Shown: in pieces, positions 1 through 8,977 of the stretch | How positions within the stretch are numbered: the stretch's first letter is position 1 | Layout of the letters: each line of letters opens with the position of its first letter | Assembly: GCA_017544165.1 (NCBI GenBank) | Contig: JAFYER010000012.1 | Location: forward strand, 67,401-131,400 | Origin: Bacilli bacterium | GTDB lineage: Bacteria; Bacillota_I; Bacilli_A; RF39; UBA660 | Direction of reading: 5' to 3' | DNA length: 64,000 bases | Notes under the pieces: generated by a model | Told to the model about the DNA's origin: nothing | The model's input: only the letters and a program-made list of their open reading frames with translations | Database searches by the model: none | Program-made: the position numbers and the translations under genes

Positions 1-1
1 A

Positions 2-1210
2 ACTAAGCCTGAAGAAACTAGGGCTGCTGATGAAAAAGGCAAGTTAGTTGCAGTTCCAACAAGGGAAATTGACAAAACAAAAAAAGGTGAACTTGTAAAA
101 ACTGGGCATAAAATTATTGATGTAATTCCTGAAGAAAAACAACAAGAAACAACAAAAAAAGAAAGAGATAGACTTAACAAAATTCTTAAAGGGATCTTCT
201 ACACCCTAGGTTCAGCTGCTGCTGTTGCTCTTATGGTTGCTGCTATTAAGTATTGTGTTAATCATCCAAATGGTAGAGAACTACCTGATGTTCCAACTAC
301 TACACCTAGTTCATCTTATTCATCTGATAGACTTAGACCAGGATGGACTACTGATGATTTACCAGTAATTACAGCTGCTCCACAAATAGTGAATCGTATT
401 GGTGACATTAACATTAATGACTATGATGAACTAATGGAATATGCAACTCAAATTCAAAGTGAATTAAAAGGCGATGAAAGTTCTAAAATATCTATTTATG
501 ATATTATCAAAGCTATTAAAATGGCTAACTGGGATTCATTAGAGGACAAAAGTGTATTTGACAATCGTGAAAGTGTAGTTCGTAGTACTTATAATGAAGG
601 TCTTATTGCTTCTGAACTTGGTTCTGATGCAATAGTTCAAAAAGATGTTAATTCTGATATTTTTATCACAAAACATCAAATGACTGATATATTAATGTGT
701 GTAACTGATAACAAATTATCTATCAATTGCTTTGATTGTGCTAAAGTTGATGATAGAGGTTACGATATCTATGCTGTAATTGATACTTGTATTTCAGGTA
801 TGAATAAACACGTTGATTCTGAAGTTGAGGAAGAAATCGAACAAGATAGATTATATGCAATGGTATTTAACGATGTTGTATCAAGAGCTGTTAGAAACTT
901 TACTATAGTAAACTCTGATGAGGCACTTGTAAGTACTATTTATTATGTACTTGGTACATTTAATGCAACATTACCAAGAAATATAGAACTTACTGCTGGT
1001 AGATCATATGGTACTGCTTATGGTAATGGTCATGAAAATGACGGTGGTTACGGAGACATATGTATCGAAGAATTATCTTCAGCTCTATATATTGTTCATG
1101 AAAGTACTAATCAATATACCGGAAATGATCAAGCGTGTATTTTCTACGGAGAATTCATAGATAAAGCGCTAATTGAACCATACCAAGGTCAAAGTTTGGG
1201 ATTAAATTAG
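2..1210 (+). CDS. Membrane-anchored protein of unknown function; 5' end lies outside the window
   Basis: The frame of tracked ORF 233..1210 stays open back to base 2 (TKPEETRAADEKGKLVAV...). One hydrophobic span (GIFYTLGSAAAVALMVAAI) is followed by about 320 aa of soluble sequence. No family recognised by eye. Confidence 0.6.
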   Translation, partial: TKPEETRAADEKGKLVAVPTREIDKTKKGELVKTGHKIIDVIPEEKQQETTKKERDRLNKILKGIFYTLGSAAAVALMVAAIKYCVNHPNGRELPDVPTTTPSSSYSSDRLRPGWTTDDLPVITAAPQIVNRIGDININDYDELMEYATQIQSELKGDESSKISIYDIIKAIKMANWDSLEDKSVFDNRESVVRSTYNEGLIASELGSDAIVQKDVNSDIFITKHQMTDILMCVTDNKLSINCFDCAKVDDRGYDIYAVIDTCISGMNKHVDSEVEEEIEQDRLYAMVFNDVVSRAVRNFTIVNSDEALVSTIYYVLGTFNATLPRNIELTAGRSYGTAYGNGHENDGGYGDICIEELSSALYIVHESTNQYTGNDQACIFYGEFIDKALIEPYQGQSLGLN

Positions 1211-1231
1211 AAAGTTTGGGGGTTTTGAAAA

Positions 1232-4168
1232 ATGTATAATAATAAAAATGGAAAAATATTAAATATCCTATTAGGCATTATTGCCCTATTCTTAATAATT
1301 TTCATCATTGCCTGGGTAGTTAATAAAGGAAGTAACACAGCTAATGCTGAAGCAAACTTTAAAAGTGATTTAAATAATATTCAAGAAAATGTTAAAGATT
1401 ACTTTGCAAATGATTTGCCTAATGAAATTGGTGATACAAATGTTTTATCCTTACAAGATTTATATGACTTAAATCTAACAAAAGAAGTTAGTTATGGTAA
1501 AACAAAATGTGATCCAGTAAACAGTTATTCATCAATTACTAAAATTAATGCCAATGAATATAAAATTAAAACAAATTTAATATGTGGTACAAAAGTTGAT
1601 AATATAACTGAAAAAATTACAAGAAATACTGTTGTTAATGATAATGACGGTAATGAAATAATCAATGAAGAAAAAGACAAAGTTCAATTAGATGTTAACA
1701 AAAGCGTTAACTCTAAGGATGGTAAAACAGCTGATGTTGTAAATTGTACTGGTCCTATTTGTACTGTACGTGAAATACCAACAACTTGTACAACTACTTA
1801 TACTTATGAATACGTAAAAAGAAGTGTTGAATGTCCAAGTGGTTACATACTACAAAATGGTACTTGTATTAAACAATCAAATGATATAATCGATGCTACT
1901 AAGAATTATTCTAAGGCTACTACTAAAGTTGTTGACGCAAGAGTAAATAATGGTGAAAGTTATAAAGTTTATACAGATCCAACTATTACACCTGGTACAT
2001 CTACTAAAGTATGTGATAATGGTAAACTTGAATCAGATGGATATTGTTATGTATATAAAAATAAATCATCTGAAATCGTTACATCTTGTCCTGATGGTTA
2101 TAAAGAAAAAGATGGTGCTTGTTATAAATACACTGATGTAATTACTAGCACTACTACTTCTTGTCCTGACGGTTATACTAAAGAAGGCAATTATTGTTAT
2201 AAATATACTGACTTAGTTACTAGTACTACTACTTCTTGTCCTGATGGTTATACTAAAAACGGTAATTACTGTTATAAATATACTGATTTAATCGAAGATG
2301 TTTCTTACTCTTGTCTATCTGGTTATACTAGAGAAGGTAATTATTGTTATAAATATACTGATTTAATTACCGATACTACTACTTCTTGTCCTGATGGTTA
2401 TACTAGAGAAGGTAATTATTGTTATAAATATACCGATATACTTACAGAAACTATTACTTCTTGTCCTTCTGGTTATACTAAAGAAGGTAACTATTGTTAT
2501 AAGTATGCTGATTTAATTATAAGCACTACTAAAACTTGTCCTGACGGTTATACTAAAGAAGGAAATTATTGTTATAAGTATGCTGATTTAATTACTAGCA
2601 CTACTACTTCATGCCCTTCTGGTTATACTAAAGAAGGTAACTATTGTTATAAGTATGCTGATTTAATTATTACAACTACTAATTCTTGCCCTTCTGGTTA
2701 TACTAAAGAAGGTAACTATTGTTATAAGTATGCTGATTTAATCACTACAACTACTACAACTTGTCCTGATGGTTATACTAAAGATGGTAATAAATGTTAT
2801 AAAACTGCTTCTGCTGTTAAAGCTTATACAGCTTGGGGTAATCCTGTAAGTACTTACCAAACATTTACTCAAGAATCTACTTATACAAACGAATTAACCA
2901 AAAAGGTTTTAGTAGGTACTGGTACAAAGGCAGGCATGACAATTTATACATATTCTATCTATCAAAGAACTTCATATTATACATGTGCTGCTGGTACATT
3001 AGGATCTGACAATAAATGTTATATTTATGCTAATCCTGTTAATGAAAGCAAAACCGAATGTCCTTCTGGTTATACTAGAAATGGTAATACTTGTTATATA
3101 AGAACTAACGTATCTACTTCTTCTTCATCAAAATGTCCTGATGGATACACTAGAAATGGTAATACATGCTACATGAGAACTAATGTAACTACTACTTCTT
3201 CTACTTCTTGTCCTTCTGGTTATACTCGAAGCGGAAATACTTGTTATATTAGAGCTAATGTAATTACAACTAATACTGGTTCTTGTCCTGATGGTTATAC
3301 TAAAAGTGGTAATACATGTTATTTAAGAAGAAATGTTACTAAAACTACTAACACTTATTGCCCTTCTGGTTATACTAAAAATGGCGATACTTGTTATATT
3401 AAGAAAGATTTAATTAAGTCTACTACCGGTTCTTGTCCTTCTGGTTATACTAAAGATGGCAATACTTGCTATATGAAAAGATCTTTAACTAAGAATACAT
3501 ATATTCATTGTCCTGATGGTTACACTAAAGACGGAGACACTTGTTATATTAAGAAAGATTTAATTAAATCTACTACTGGTTCTTGTCCTGATGGTTATAC
3601 TAAAGACGGTAATAAATGCTATATTAAGAAGAATGTAACTAAATCTATTACTGTTTCTTGTCCTTCTGGTTATACTATAGATGGCGATACTTGTTATATT
3701 AAGAAAGATTTAATTAAAACAACTAAATCGTATTGTCCTGATGGTTATGCTGATAATGGTACTAGATGTTATAAAAAATCTAAACCAAGAATTGAAACTA
3801 CTGAAACAACTTATAGTTGCAAAAGCGGTTATACAAAATCTGGTATTGGTGAAAACACTAAATGTTACAAAATAGTTAAGAGTGCTGATACTTACTATTG
3901 TGAAGATGAAAGCGCTACATTAAAAGATAAAAAATGTTATGTTACAGTTGAATCTAAATTTACTGGTTATTCTTGTCCAGCAGGTTATATAGTAAATGGT
4001 AGCCTATGTACAAAAACAACAACTGAAACAACTTCTCCAATATGGAGTAATGTTGATTACATTTACAGCAAAGAGGATTATGTTGCAGGATATCAAAAAA
4101 CTGGTAATGCTAAATTTGTAACAAACTGTGTTGAAATTAAAGAACCTGAAGAAATACATTATAAATAA
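1232..4168 (+). CDS. N-terminally anchored Cys-rich tandem-repeat surface protein (about 26 C-x10-13-C modules)
   Basis: ATG 1232 lies 9 nt after a GGGGG SD (1218-1222). N-terminal TM segment ILNILLGIIALFLIIFIIAWVV. Repeated motif CP[DS]GYT[KR]xG[ND]xCY separated by Thr/Ser-rich linkers. No LPXTG motif and no recognisable enzymatic motif. Long uninterrupted ORF in AT-rich DNA. Confidence 0.8.
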   Translation: MYNNKNGKILNILLGIIALFLIIFIIAWVVNKGSNTANAEANFKSDLNNIQENVKDYFANDLPNEIGDTNVLSLQDLYDLNLTKEVSYGKTKCDPVNSYSSITKINANEYKIKTNLICGTKVDNITEKITRNTVVNDNDGNEIINEEKDKVQLDVNKSVNSKDGKTADVVNCTGPICTVREIPTTCTTTYTYEYVKRSVECPSGYILQNGTCIKQSNDIIDATKNYSKATTKVVDARVNNGESYKVYTDPTITPGTSTKVCDNGKLESDGYCYVYKNKSSEIVTSCPDGYKEKDGACYKYTDVITSTTTSCPDGYTKEGNYCYKYTDLVTSTTTSCPDGYTKNGNYCYKYTDLIEDVSYSCLSGYTREGNYCYKYTDLITDTTTSCPDGYTREGNYCYKYTDILTETITSCPSGYTKEGNYCYKYADLIISTTKTCPDGYTKEGNYCYKYADLITSTTTSCPSGYTKEGNYCYKYADLIITTTNSCPSGYTKEGNYCYKYADLITTTTTTCPDGYTKDGNKCYKTASAVKAYTAWGNPVSTYQTFTQESTYTNELTKKVLVGTGTKAGMTIYTYSIYQRTSYYTCAAGTLGSDNKCYIYANPVNESKTECPSGYTRNGNTCYIRTNVSTSSSSKCPDGYTRNGNTCYMRTNVTTTSSTSCPSGYTRSGNTCYIRANVITTNTGSCPDGYTKSGNTCYLRRNVTKTTNTYCPSGYTKNGDTCYIKKDLIKSTTGSCPSGYTKDGNTCYMKRSLTKNTYIHCPDGYTKDGDTCYIKKDLIKSTTGSCPDGYTKDGNKCYIKKNVTKSITVSCPSGYTIDGDTCYIKKDLIKTTKSYCPDGYADNGTRCYKKSKPRIETTETTYSCKSGYTKSGIGENTKCYKIVKSADTYYCEDESATLKDKKCYVTVESKFTGYSCPAGYIVNGSLCTKTTTETTSPIWSNVDYIYSKEDYVAGYQKTGNAKFVTNCVEIKEPEEIHYK
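2084..2803 (+). repeat. In-frame 75-nt (25-aa) tandem repeat array A, about 9.6 units, consensus SCPDGYTKEGNYCYKY[TA]DLITSTTT
   Basis: Unit starts at 2084, 2159, 2234, 2309, 2384, 2459, 2534, 2609, 2684 and 2759. An identical 53-nt stretch (ccttctggttatactaaagaaggtaactattgttataagtatgctgatttaat) occurs three times, in the units starting 2459, 2609 and 2684. Confidence 0.9.
3056..3775 (+). repeat. In-frame 75-nt (25-aa) tandem repeat array B, about 10 units, consensus SCP[DS]GYT[KR]xGNTCYI[KR]xN/DLxKxTxx
   Basis: Unit starts at 3056, 3131, 3206, 3281, 3356, 3431, 3506, 3581, 3656 and 3731. The last five units alternate two subtypes, giving a 150-nt higher-order period. Confidence 0.9.
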
Positions 4169-4169
4169 A

Positions 4170-4198
4170 AAGCTAAGGTTTAATTCCTTAGTTTTTTG
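4170..4198. terminator. Bidirectional intrinsic terminator between convergent genes
   Basis: Hairpin ctaagg(4173-4178)/ccttag(4186-4191) flanked by an A-run and a T-run (4192-4197). It overlaps the stop codon of the minus-strand gene. Confidence 0.65.
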
Positions 4199-5768
4199 TT
4201 TGCTCTAAAATTGTTTTTCCAATCATCTCAGCAACTTTTATACCATCAATTGCAGCGGAAGTAATGCCCCCAGCATAACCAGCTCCCTCACCGCATGGAA
4301 AGATTCCCGAAATATTACATTGCAAATTATCATCTCTAATAATTTTTATTGGTGAGGACGATCTAGATTCTACTGCTGCTATAATTGTATCATCATTTGC
4401 AAAACCTTTAATTTTTTTGTCAAAATAATCAAAGGCAGATATAATATCTTCGTTAATCTCTCGATTAAATAATTCACTTAAATTCGCAAATGCATAAGCT
4501 CCTTTAAAAAGCGGTTTAACCTTACCAAAACCAGTTGAAACTTTCCCCTTTTTATAATCACTAAGTAATTGGATAGGTATACTTCCATGACCGAGATTAT
4601 ATGCCGTCTTTTCTAATTTTTCTTGATATTTAATACCATCTAAAGGATGAGTGCCAAAATCATCAGGTGTTACTGTTACAATAATAGCACTATTAGCATT
4701 TTCTGAGTTTCTAGCATGATTACTCATGCCATTAATGGCTAAATATCCTCTTTTACTCGAAGCATTTACTACATATCCACCTGGGCACATGCAAAAGGAA
4801 TAAACACCTCTTTTATGAACTGATTGATAAGTGAGTTTATAACTAGCACTTTCCAGTATTTCAGCATATTTTTCACCATACTGAGAATGATTAATCATTT
4901 TTTGGCTATGAGAAACACGAACGCCTACCGCAAAAGGTTTTCCTTCAATTTTAATTTTTTTATTGTAAATTAAATTAAAAGTATCTCTAGCGCTATGTCC
5001 TAATGCTAATACTAAATAATCACAAGGAAGATGCTCTTCTTCATTAATAATTATTTCTTTAATTGCCCCGTTTTTAATAATTAAATCTGTCATTTTACTG
5101 TTAAAAAGAAAAGTTCCACCCATTAGTTCTATTTTCTTACGAATATTCACAATTACCTTAGATAATAAGTCTGTTCCTATATGTGGTTTATAACTATATA
5201 AAATATCTTCGGGAGCTTGATTATCTACAAAAACGTCAAATACTTTTTGATGACGAACATCATCCTTAACATTGGTATTTAATTTACCATCAGAAAATGT
5301 ACCAGCTCCACCCTCGCCAAATTGCACATTACTTCTTTCATTAAGATCACCGGTATCCCAAAATTTTTTAACACTTCTAAGTCTTTCCTCAATCATTTGG
5401 CCTTGCTCAACAACAATTGGCTTTAAACCATTTTCTGCTAAAACATATGCGCATAAAAGTCCGGCTGGTCCAGATCCAACAATAACAGGATTTGTTTTTG
5501 AATTAACTTTATAAGGATAAGTATACTTTTTTTCTTCATAAATACTTACATCTTTATTATTTAAAAATCTATTTTCATTCTTAACTTCAGCAATTAACTC
5601 GTAAACATAAAGAATTTTATTTTTATCCCTAGCATCTAAAGATTGTTTTTTTAATTTATAAGTTAAAATATCATCCTTTTTGACATTGAGTTTTCGACAC
5701 AACGCCTTAATTCTTTCCTGTTCATTATCATTTAATGCGTCAACCTTAACTTGTCTTACTCTAAGCAT
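4188..5768 (-). CDS. FAD-dependent oxidoreductase (COG2509-like)
   Basis: Dinucleotide-binding motif VIVGSGPAGLLCAYVLAENG and C-terminal GEGAGYAGGI motif. Start moved to ATG 5768 (MLRVRQVKV), which abuts the upstream stop at 5770. Confidence 0.75.
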   Translation of the reverse strand: MLRVRQVKVDALNDNEQERIKALCRKLNVKKDDILTYKLKKQSLDARDKNKILYVYELIAEVKNENRFLNNKDVSIYEEKKYTYPYKVNSKTNPVIVGSGPAGLLCAYVLAENGLKPIVVEQGQMIEERLRSVKKFWDTGDLNERSNVQFGEGGAGTFSDGKLNTNVKDDVRHQKVFDVFVDNQAPEDILYSYKPHIGTDLLSKVIVNIRKKIELMGGTFLFNSKMTDLIIKNGAIKEIIINEEEHLPCDYLVLALGHSARDTFNLIYNKKIKIEGKPFAVGVRVSHSQKMINHSQYGEKYAEILESASYKLTYQSVHKRGVYSFCMCPGGYVVNASSKRGYLAINGMSNHARNSENANSAIIVTVTPDDFGTHPLDGIKYQEKLEKTAYNLGHGSIPIQLLSDYKKGKVSTGFGKVKPLFKGAYAFANLSELFNREINEDIISAFDYFDKKIKGFANDDTIIAAVESRSSSPIKIIRDDNLQCNISGIFPCGEGAGYAGGITSAAIDGIKVAEMIGKTILEQTKN

Positions 5769-5769
5769 A

Positions 5770-6969
5770 CTAAACACTCTTTCCCGCAATATAACCACTT
5801 ATAAAAGCAAAAGCTAAATTATATCCCCCACATATTCCGTCAACATCTAACGTTTCACCAATATAATAAAGACCTTTAACCTTTTTACATTCCATTGTGT
5901 TTTCATCAATTTCTTTTAAAGATATACCGCCAGTACACACTTGAGCCTTATCAAAAGATCCATATCCATCAATTTTGATATGAAAATTTGTTATAGTCTT
6001 AACAAATAATTCTTTTTCTTTATCAGTTAAACTTTTCCAATATGCGTTTGGATTAATATTACATTTTTTAAAGAAAATATTACTAAGTTTATAATTAAAT
6101 AAACTTTCACATAATTCCTTTATATTTTGATTATTAATTATGTTGCTTCTTTCCTCAAAAAAATGATAAAAATCCTCTATAAATGGTGCAAAATTTATAC
6201 TTAAAAAAACATTTTTGCCTTCCTCAAAAGATCTTATTGCTTTGCCACTTAAATTAAAAACACATATACCACTTACACCATTATCTGTAAGCTGTATTTC
6301 TCCTATTTCACTATTAACATATTTATCGTTAATAAATAAAGATACTTTAGCATCCGTTCTAATACCACTCCAATCTTTTAAAAAGTTTTCTGAAGTGTTA
6401 AGACTGACTAATGAAGGTAATACTTTATTAACATTTATATTAAATTTCTTAGCAATTTCATAGCCAAATCCATCACTGCCACTTTTAGGCATTGCTTTAG
6501 ATCCTGTAGCGATTATCAATTTATCACATAAAATAGTTTCATTATCACTAATTATCTTAAAACCATAGTCTTCTTTTTCAATTTTTATTACATTAAAATT
6601 ATACTTAAAATCAATATTTCTCTTTTTCAATTCACAGGCAAATATCTCTCTAATGCTATAAGCAGAATTTGACTGAGGATAATAATAACCATCTTTAATG
6701 CGAGGGTAAATTCCTAAAGATAATAAATAATCATATACCTCTTCGCTATATGATAATATACTTTCTAAGCCATCATAATCATCAGTATAATAGGCATCTT
6801 TTGAAATATTATCATGCCAATAATTACACCTTCCATTTCCTGTAACAAGTAATTTTTTACCACATTTATCATTTTTATCAATTAATATGACATGATTATT
6901 CTCACTTGCCTTCAAAGCAGCAATAATACCGGATGCTCCCGCACCTATAACAGCTATTTTCATATCCAC
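5770..6969 (-). CDS. HI0933/BaiN-like flavoprotein (aminoacetone-oxidase-family FAD-binding protein)
   Basis: N-terminal IAVIGAGASGIIAA GxGxxG motif, the GNGRCN motif typical of the HI0933 family, and C-terminal GGYNLAFAF. Confidence 0.75.
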   Translation of the reverse strand: MDMKIAVIGAGASGIIAALKASENNHVILIDKNDKCGKKLLVTGNGRCNYWHDNISKDAYYTDDYDGLESILSYSEEVYDYLLSLGIYPRIKDGYYYPQSNSAYSIREIFACELKKRNIDFKYNFNVIKIEKEDYGFKIISDNETILCDKLIIATGSKAMPKSGSDGFGYEIAKKFNINVNKVLPSLVSLNTSENFLKDWSGIRTDAKVSLFINDKYVNSEIGEIQLTDNGVSGICVFNLSGKAIRSFEEGKNVFLSINFAPFIEDFYHFFEERSNIINNQNIKELCESLFNYKLSNIFFKKCNINPNAYWKSLTDKEKELFVKTITNFHIKIDGYGSFDKAQVCTGGISLKEIDENTMECKKVKGLYYIGETLDVDGICGGYNLAFAFISGYIAGKSV

Positions 6970-7003
6970 CTCTTTTTAATTATACTAAATAAAAGATTTT
7001 TTT

Positions 7004-7034
7004 GCTAAAAAAATCAATCCATAAGGATTGATTA
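7004..7034 (-). terminator. Intrinsic terminator after the CxxC gene
   Basis: Stem aatcaatcc(7012-7020)/ggattgatt(7025-7033), followed on the minus strand by a U-run (plus-strand A-run 7005-7011). Confidence 0.65.
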
Positions 7035-7622
7035 TTTTCTTTTGCTTAACGCTTCAACAACACGATTTGTATCACATGAAGATTTAATTAAGTATGTAAC
7101 TAAAAGCACAATTACACAAATAATATTTGTTATAATAACGCCTACACTGCTTCCACCAGAAGATGATTCCTCTTTTAAATGGTCTAAGCAATTAGTTTTG
7201 CCTTTTTCATAACATTTTACAATATCTTTATCGCCATCTTCATATACTTCGTTGATTACTGTTTCAAGGCTAGAATTATAGCCAGCAGCAGCATATACGT
7301 CACTGACTACAACAAATGGTGTTGCTTGATAAGTTGCATCTTTAAATTTAACTGGATCAGCAGCAAGGAAAGCCTCAGCAACTTTTTTACCTAAAGCATA
7401 ATCTTTACCATCTTCCCAATCAACATGGTCAACATAAAGTTCTTTTTCAACAATTTCAAATTTTTCATTGTATGAATCAAGTCCTTGAAGATATTCCATT
7501 TGCGCTTCGCAAGCAGGACATCCACCAGCTTCGAAAATATAAACTTTTACTTTACTCTTAGCATTTACTGCTATAGGTAAAAGGCAAAGAACTGCAACAA
7601 TTGTAACTATTAATTTTTTCAT
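7032..7622 (-). CDS. Exported thioredoxin-fold CxxC protein with C-terminal membrane anchor
   Basis: Signal peptide MKKLIVTIVAVLCLLPIAVNA, KVYIFEAGGCPACEAQ (beta strand followed by CxxC, as in thioredoxin/glutaredoxin folds) and C-terminal TM segment VGVIITNIICVIVLLVTYLI. Confidence 0.6.
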   Translation of the reverse strand: MKKLIVTIVAVLCLLPIAVNAKSKVKVYIFEAGGCPACEAQMEYLQGLDSYNEKFEIVEKELYVDHVDWEDGKDYALGKKVAEAFLAADPVKFKDATYQATPFVVVSDVYAAAGYNSSLETVINEVYEDGDKDIVKCYEKGKTNCLDHLKEESSSGGSSVGVIITNIICVIVLLVTYLIKSSCDTNRVVEALSKRK

Positions 7623-7643
7623 CTTACTCCTCCTCTAAGGTAA

Positions 7644-7672
7644 TTATAACATGTTTGTCTATATTTGTTAAG
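7644..7672 (-). promoter_or_regulatory. Sigma-A-type promoter for the CxxC gene
   Basis: Minus strand reads TTAACA, a 17-nt spacer, then TATAAT. On the plus strand these are tgttaa 7667-7672 and attata 7644-7649. Confidence 0.55.
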
Positions 7673-7691
7673 AATTTACATGTAAACACTG

Positions 7692-8123
7692 TTATTTTTT
7701 AGATTTAAATAAAATATCATATACATTATAAGCTGATATTAAAAAGAATATTAGAGCAACGCCAATAAATATATACGCCTTTGTATGATCACAATCATAA
7801 CAATTAAACATATCTCCGGACCAAAGTAAAATCCAACCACTTAGAAGCATTACAGGAATAAAAATAACTAAACTAATAAAGCGAGAATAACTTTTTTCTT
7901 TATCTTCATTACTTTCATTTTCACTTTTATTTAGTTGTTCTATATATTCTGAATAATCATGAGTTATTTCTTTTGCCCCAACAGAAGTAGGAATGCTAAT
8001 TGGTAAATCATTTTTTTGATTAATTTGCTTATGTTCTTCTTGAGCTTGTTCATGCTTTTTTTGACATTCATCACATAACGTTTCTTTCTTTGATATCTTT
8101 TTTCCACATATATTACAATACAT
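7692..8123 (-). CDS. Zinc-ribbon membrane protein, function unknown
   Basis: N-terminal CNICGKK...CDECQKK (paired CxxC motifs), an acidic linker and two C-terminal TM segments. Confidence 0.5.
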   Translation of the reverse strand: MYCNICGKKISKKETLCDECQKKHEQAQEEHKQINQKNDLPISIPTSVGAKEITHDYSEYIEQLNKSENESNEDKEKSYSRFISLVIFIPVMLLSGWILLWSGDMFNCYDCDHTKAYIFIGVALIFFLISAYNVYDILFKSKK

Positions 8124-8151
8124 ATTTAATACCTCTTATACTACAATTATA

Positions 8152-8967
8152 TCAACTATGTTGATGCTTTTTATATATTAATCTTATTAGTTTACATATC
8201 GCGAAAATAAGATATCCACCGCTTAGTATGGCAAAAAAATACAAAAACAAGAAAACTAAATATGGAGTGTGTGATTGAATTACATCAAAAACAGGAAGAC
8301 TACTTATAAAATACGGGCTAATGTAAAACATATTAAATGTCTCTCCATTAATGATATTAAGATTATAAAATGTTATATTCATAATTAAAGCTATTACAGC
8401 AGTAATAACAAAAATAAAATATCCATTAAAAAATGATTTTTTACTTAATTCTACTTCCTTAGACATAATAAGATAAACTGATACTATAAGGCTTCCTAAA
8501 TGTAGATACATTGTATGAATATTGATAAGAATTGTTCTTACAAAACAGCTTTCAGGATATATTGCGGTGCTTAGACTACCAAGGATAGTAAAAAAAGCTA
8601 AATATGCAAATAAATTATCTCTTAGTTTGCTTTTTTTTAAAAAAAGGCATATAAGACATATATAAATCGGTGTTGAACAAAGTTGATAAGGAAAAGCATA
8701 CCATTGATAATCCCAAGTAACTAAGTTAAGACTAGGATCAAAGTTGAATGACCAAACTATTTGCTTTAATAATTCTAAAATAAAAGCTCCTATTGCATAG
8801 GTAGCTAAAACTATTTTTAAATTTTTTTCCGTATAATTTTTCTTTTTAAATAAAATGATTATTATTAAAAGCATTATAAATAAACAAAAGAAATGGTAAA
8901 AACCATAACTACTTGGCCTTTCCATTTCTTTTTGTAAAAAGTATAGTATTTTTTCAAAAAAATTCAT
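8152..8967 (-). CDS. Polytopic integral membrane protein, function unknown
   Basis: About 7 hydrophobic spans. Start moved to ATG 8967 (MNFFEKILYF), preceded by AGAGGG, which removes the overlap with pheT. Confidence 0.55.
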   Translation of the reverse strand: MNFFEKILYFLQKEMERPSSYGFYHFFCLFIMLLIIIILFKKKNYTEKNLKIVLATYAIGAFILELLKQIVWSFNFDPSLNLVTWDYQWYAFPYQLCSTPIYICLICLFLKKSKLRDNLFAYLAFFTILGSLSTAIYPESCFVRTILINIHTMYLHLGSLIVSVYLIMSKEVELSKKSFFNGYFIFVITAVIALIMNITFYNLNIINGETFNMFYISPYFISSLPVFDVIQSHTPYLVFLFLYFFAILSGGYLIFAICKLIRLIYKKHQHS

Positions 8968-8977
8968 AACTACCCTC

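Noticed and set aside
2084-3775. Regular 75-nt repeats that could superficially suggest a CRISPR array or satellite
   Set aside because: The repeats are contiguous with no unique spacers. They are in frame within one long ORF and encode a conserved Cys-containing peptide unit. They are coding tandem repeats, not a CRISPR array.
7676-7687. 12-nt palindrome TTTACATGTAAA just after the stop of the zinc-ribbon gene
   Set aside because: It is too short and AT-rich to distinguish from chance in this genome, and it has no adjacent U-run.
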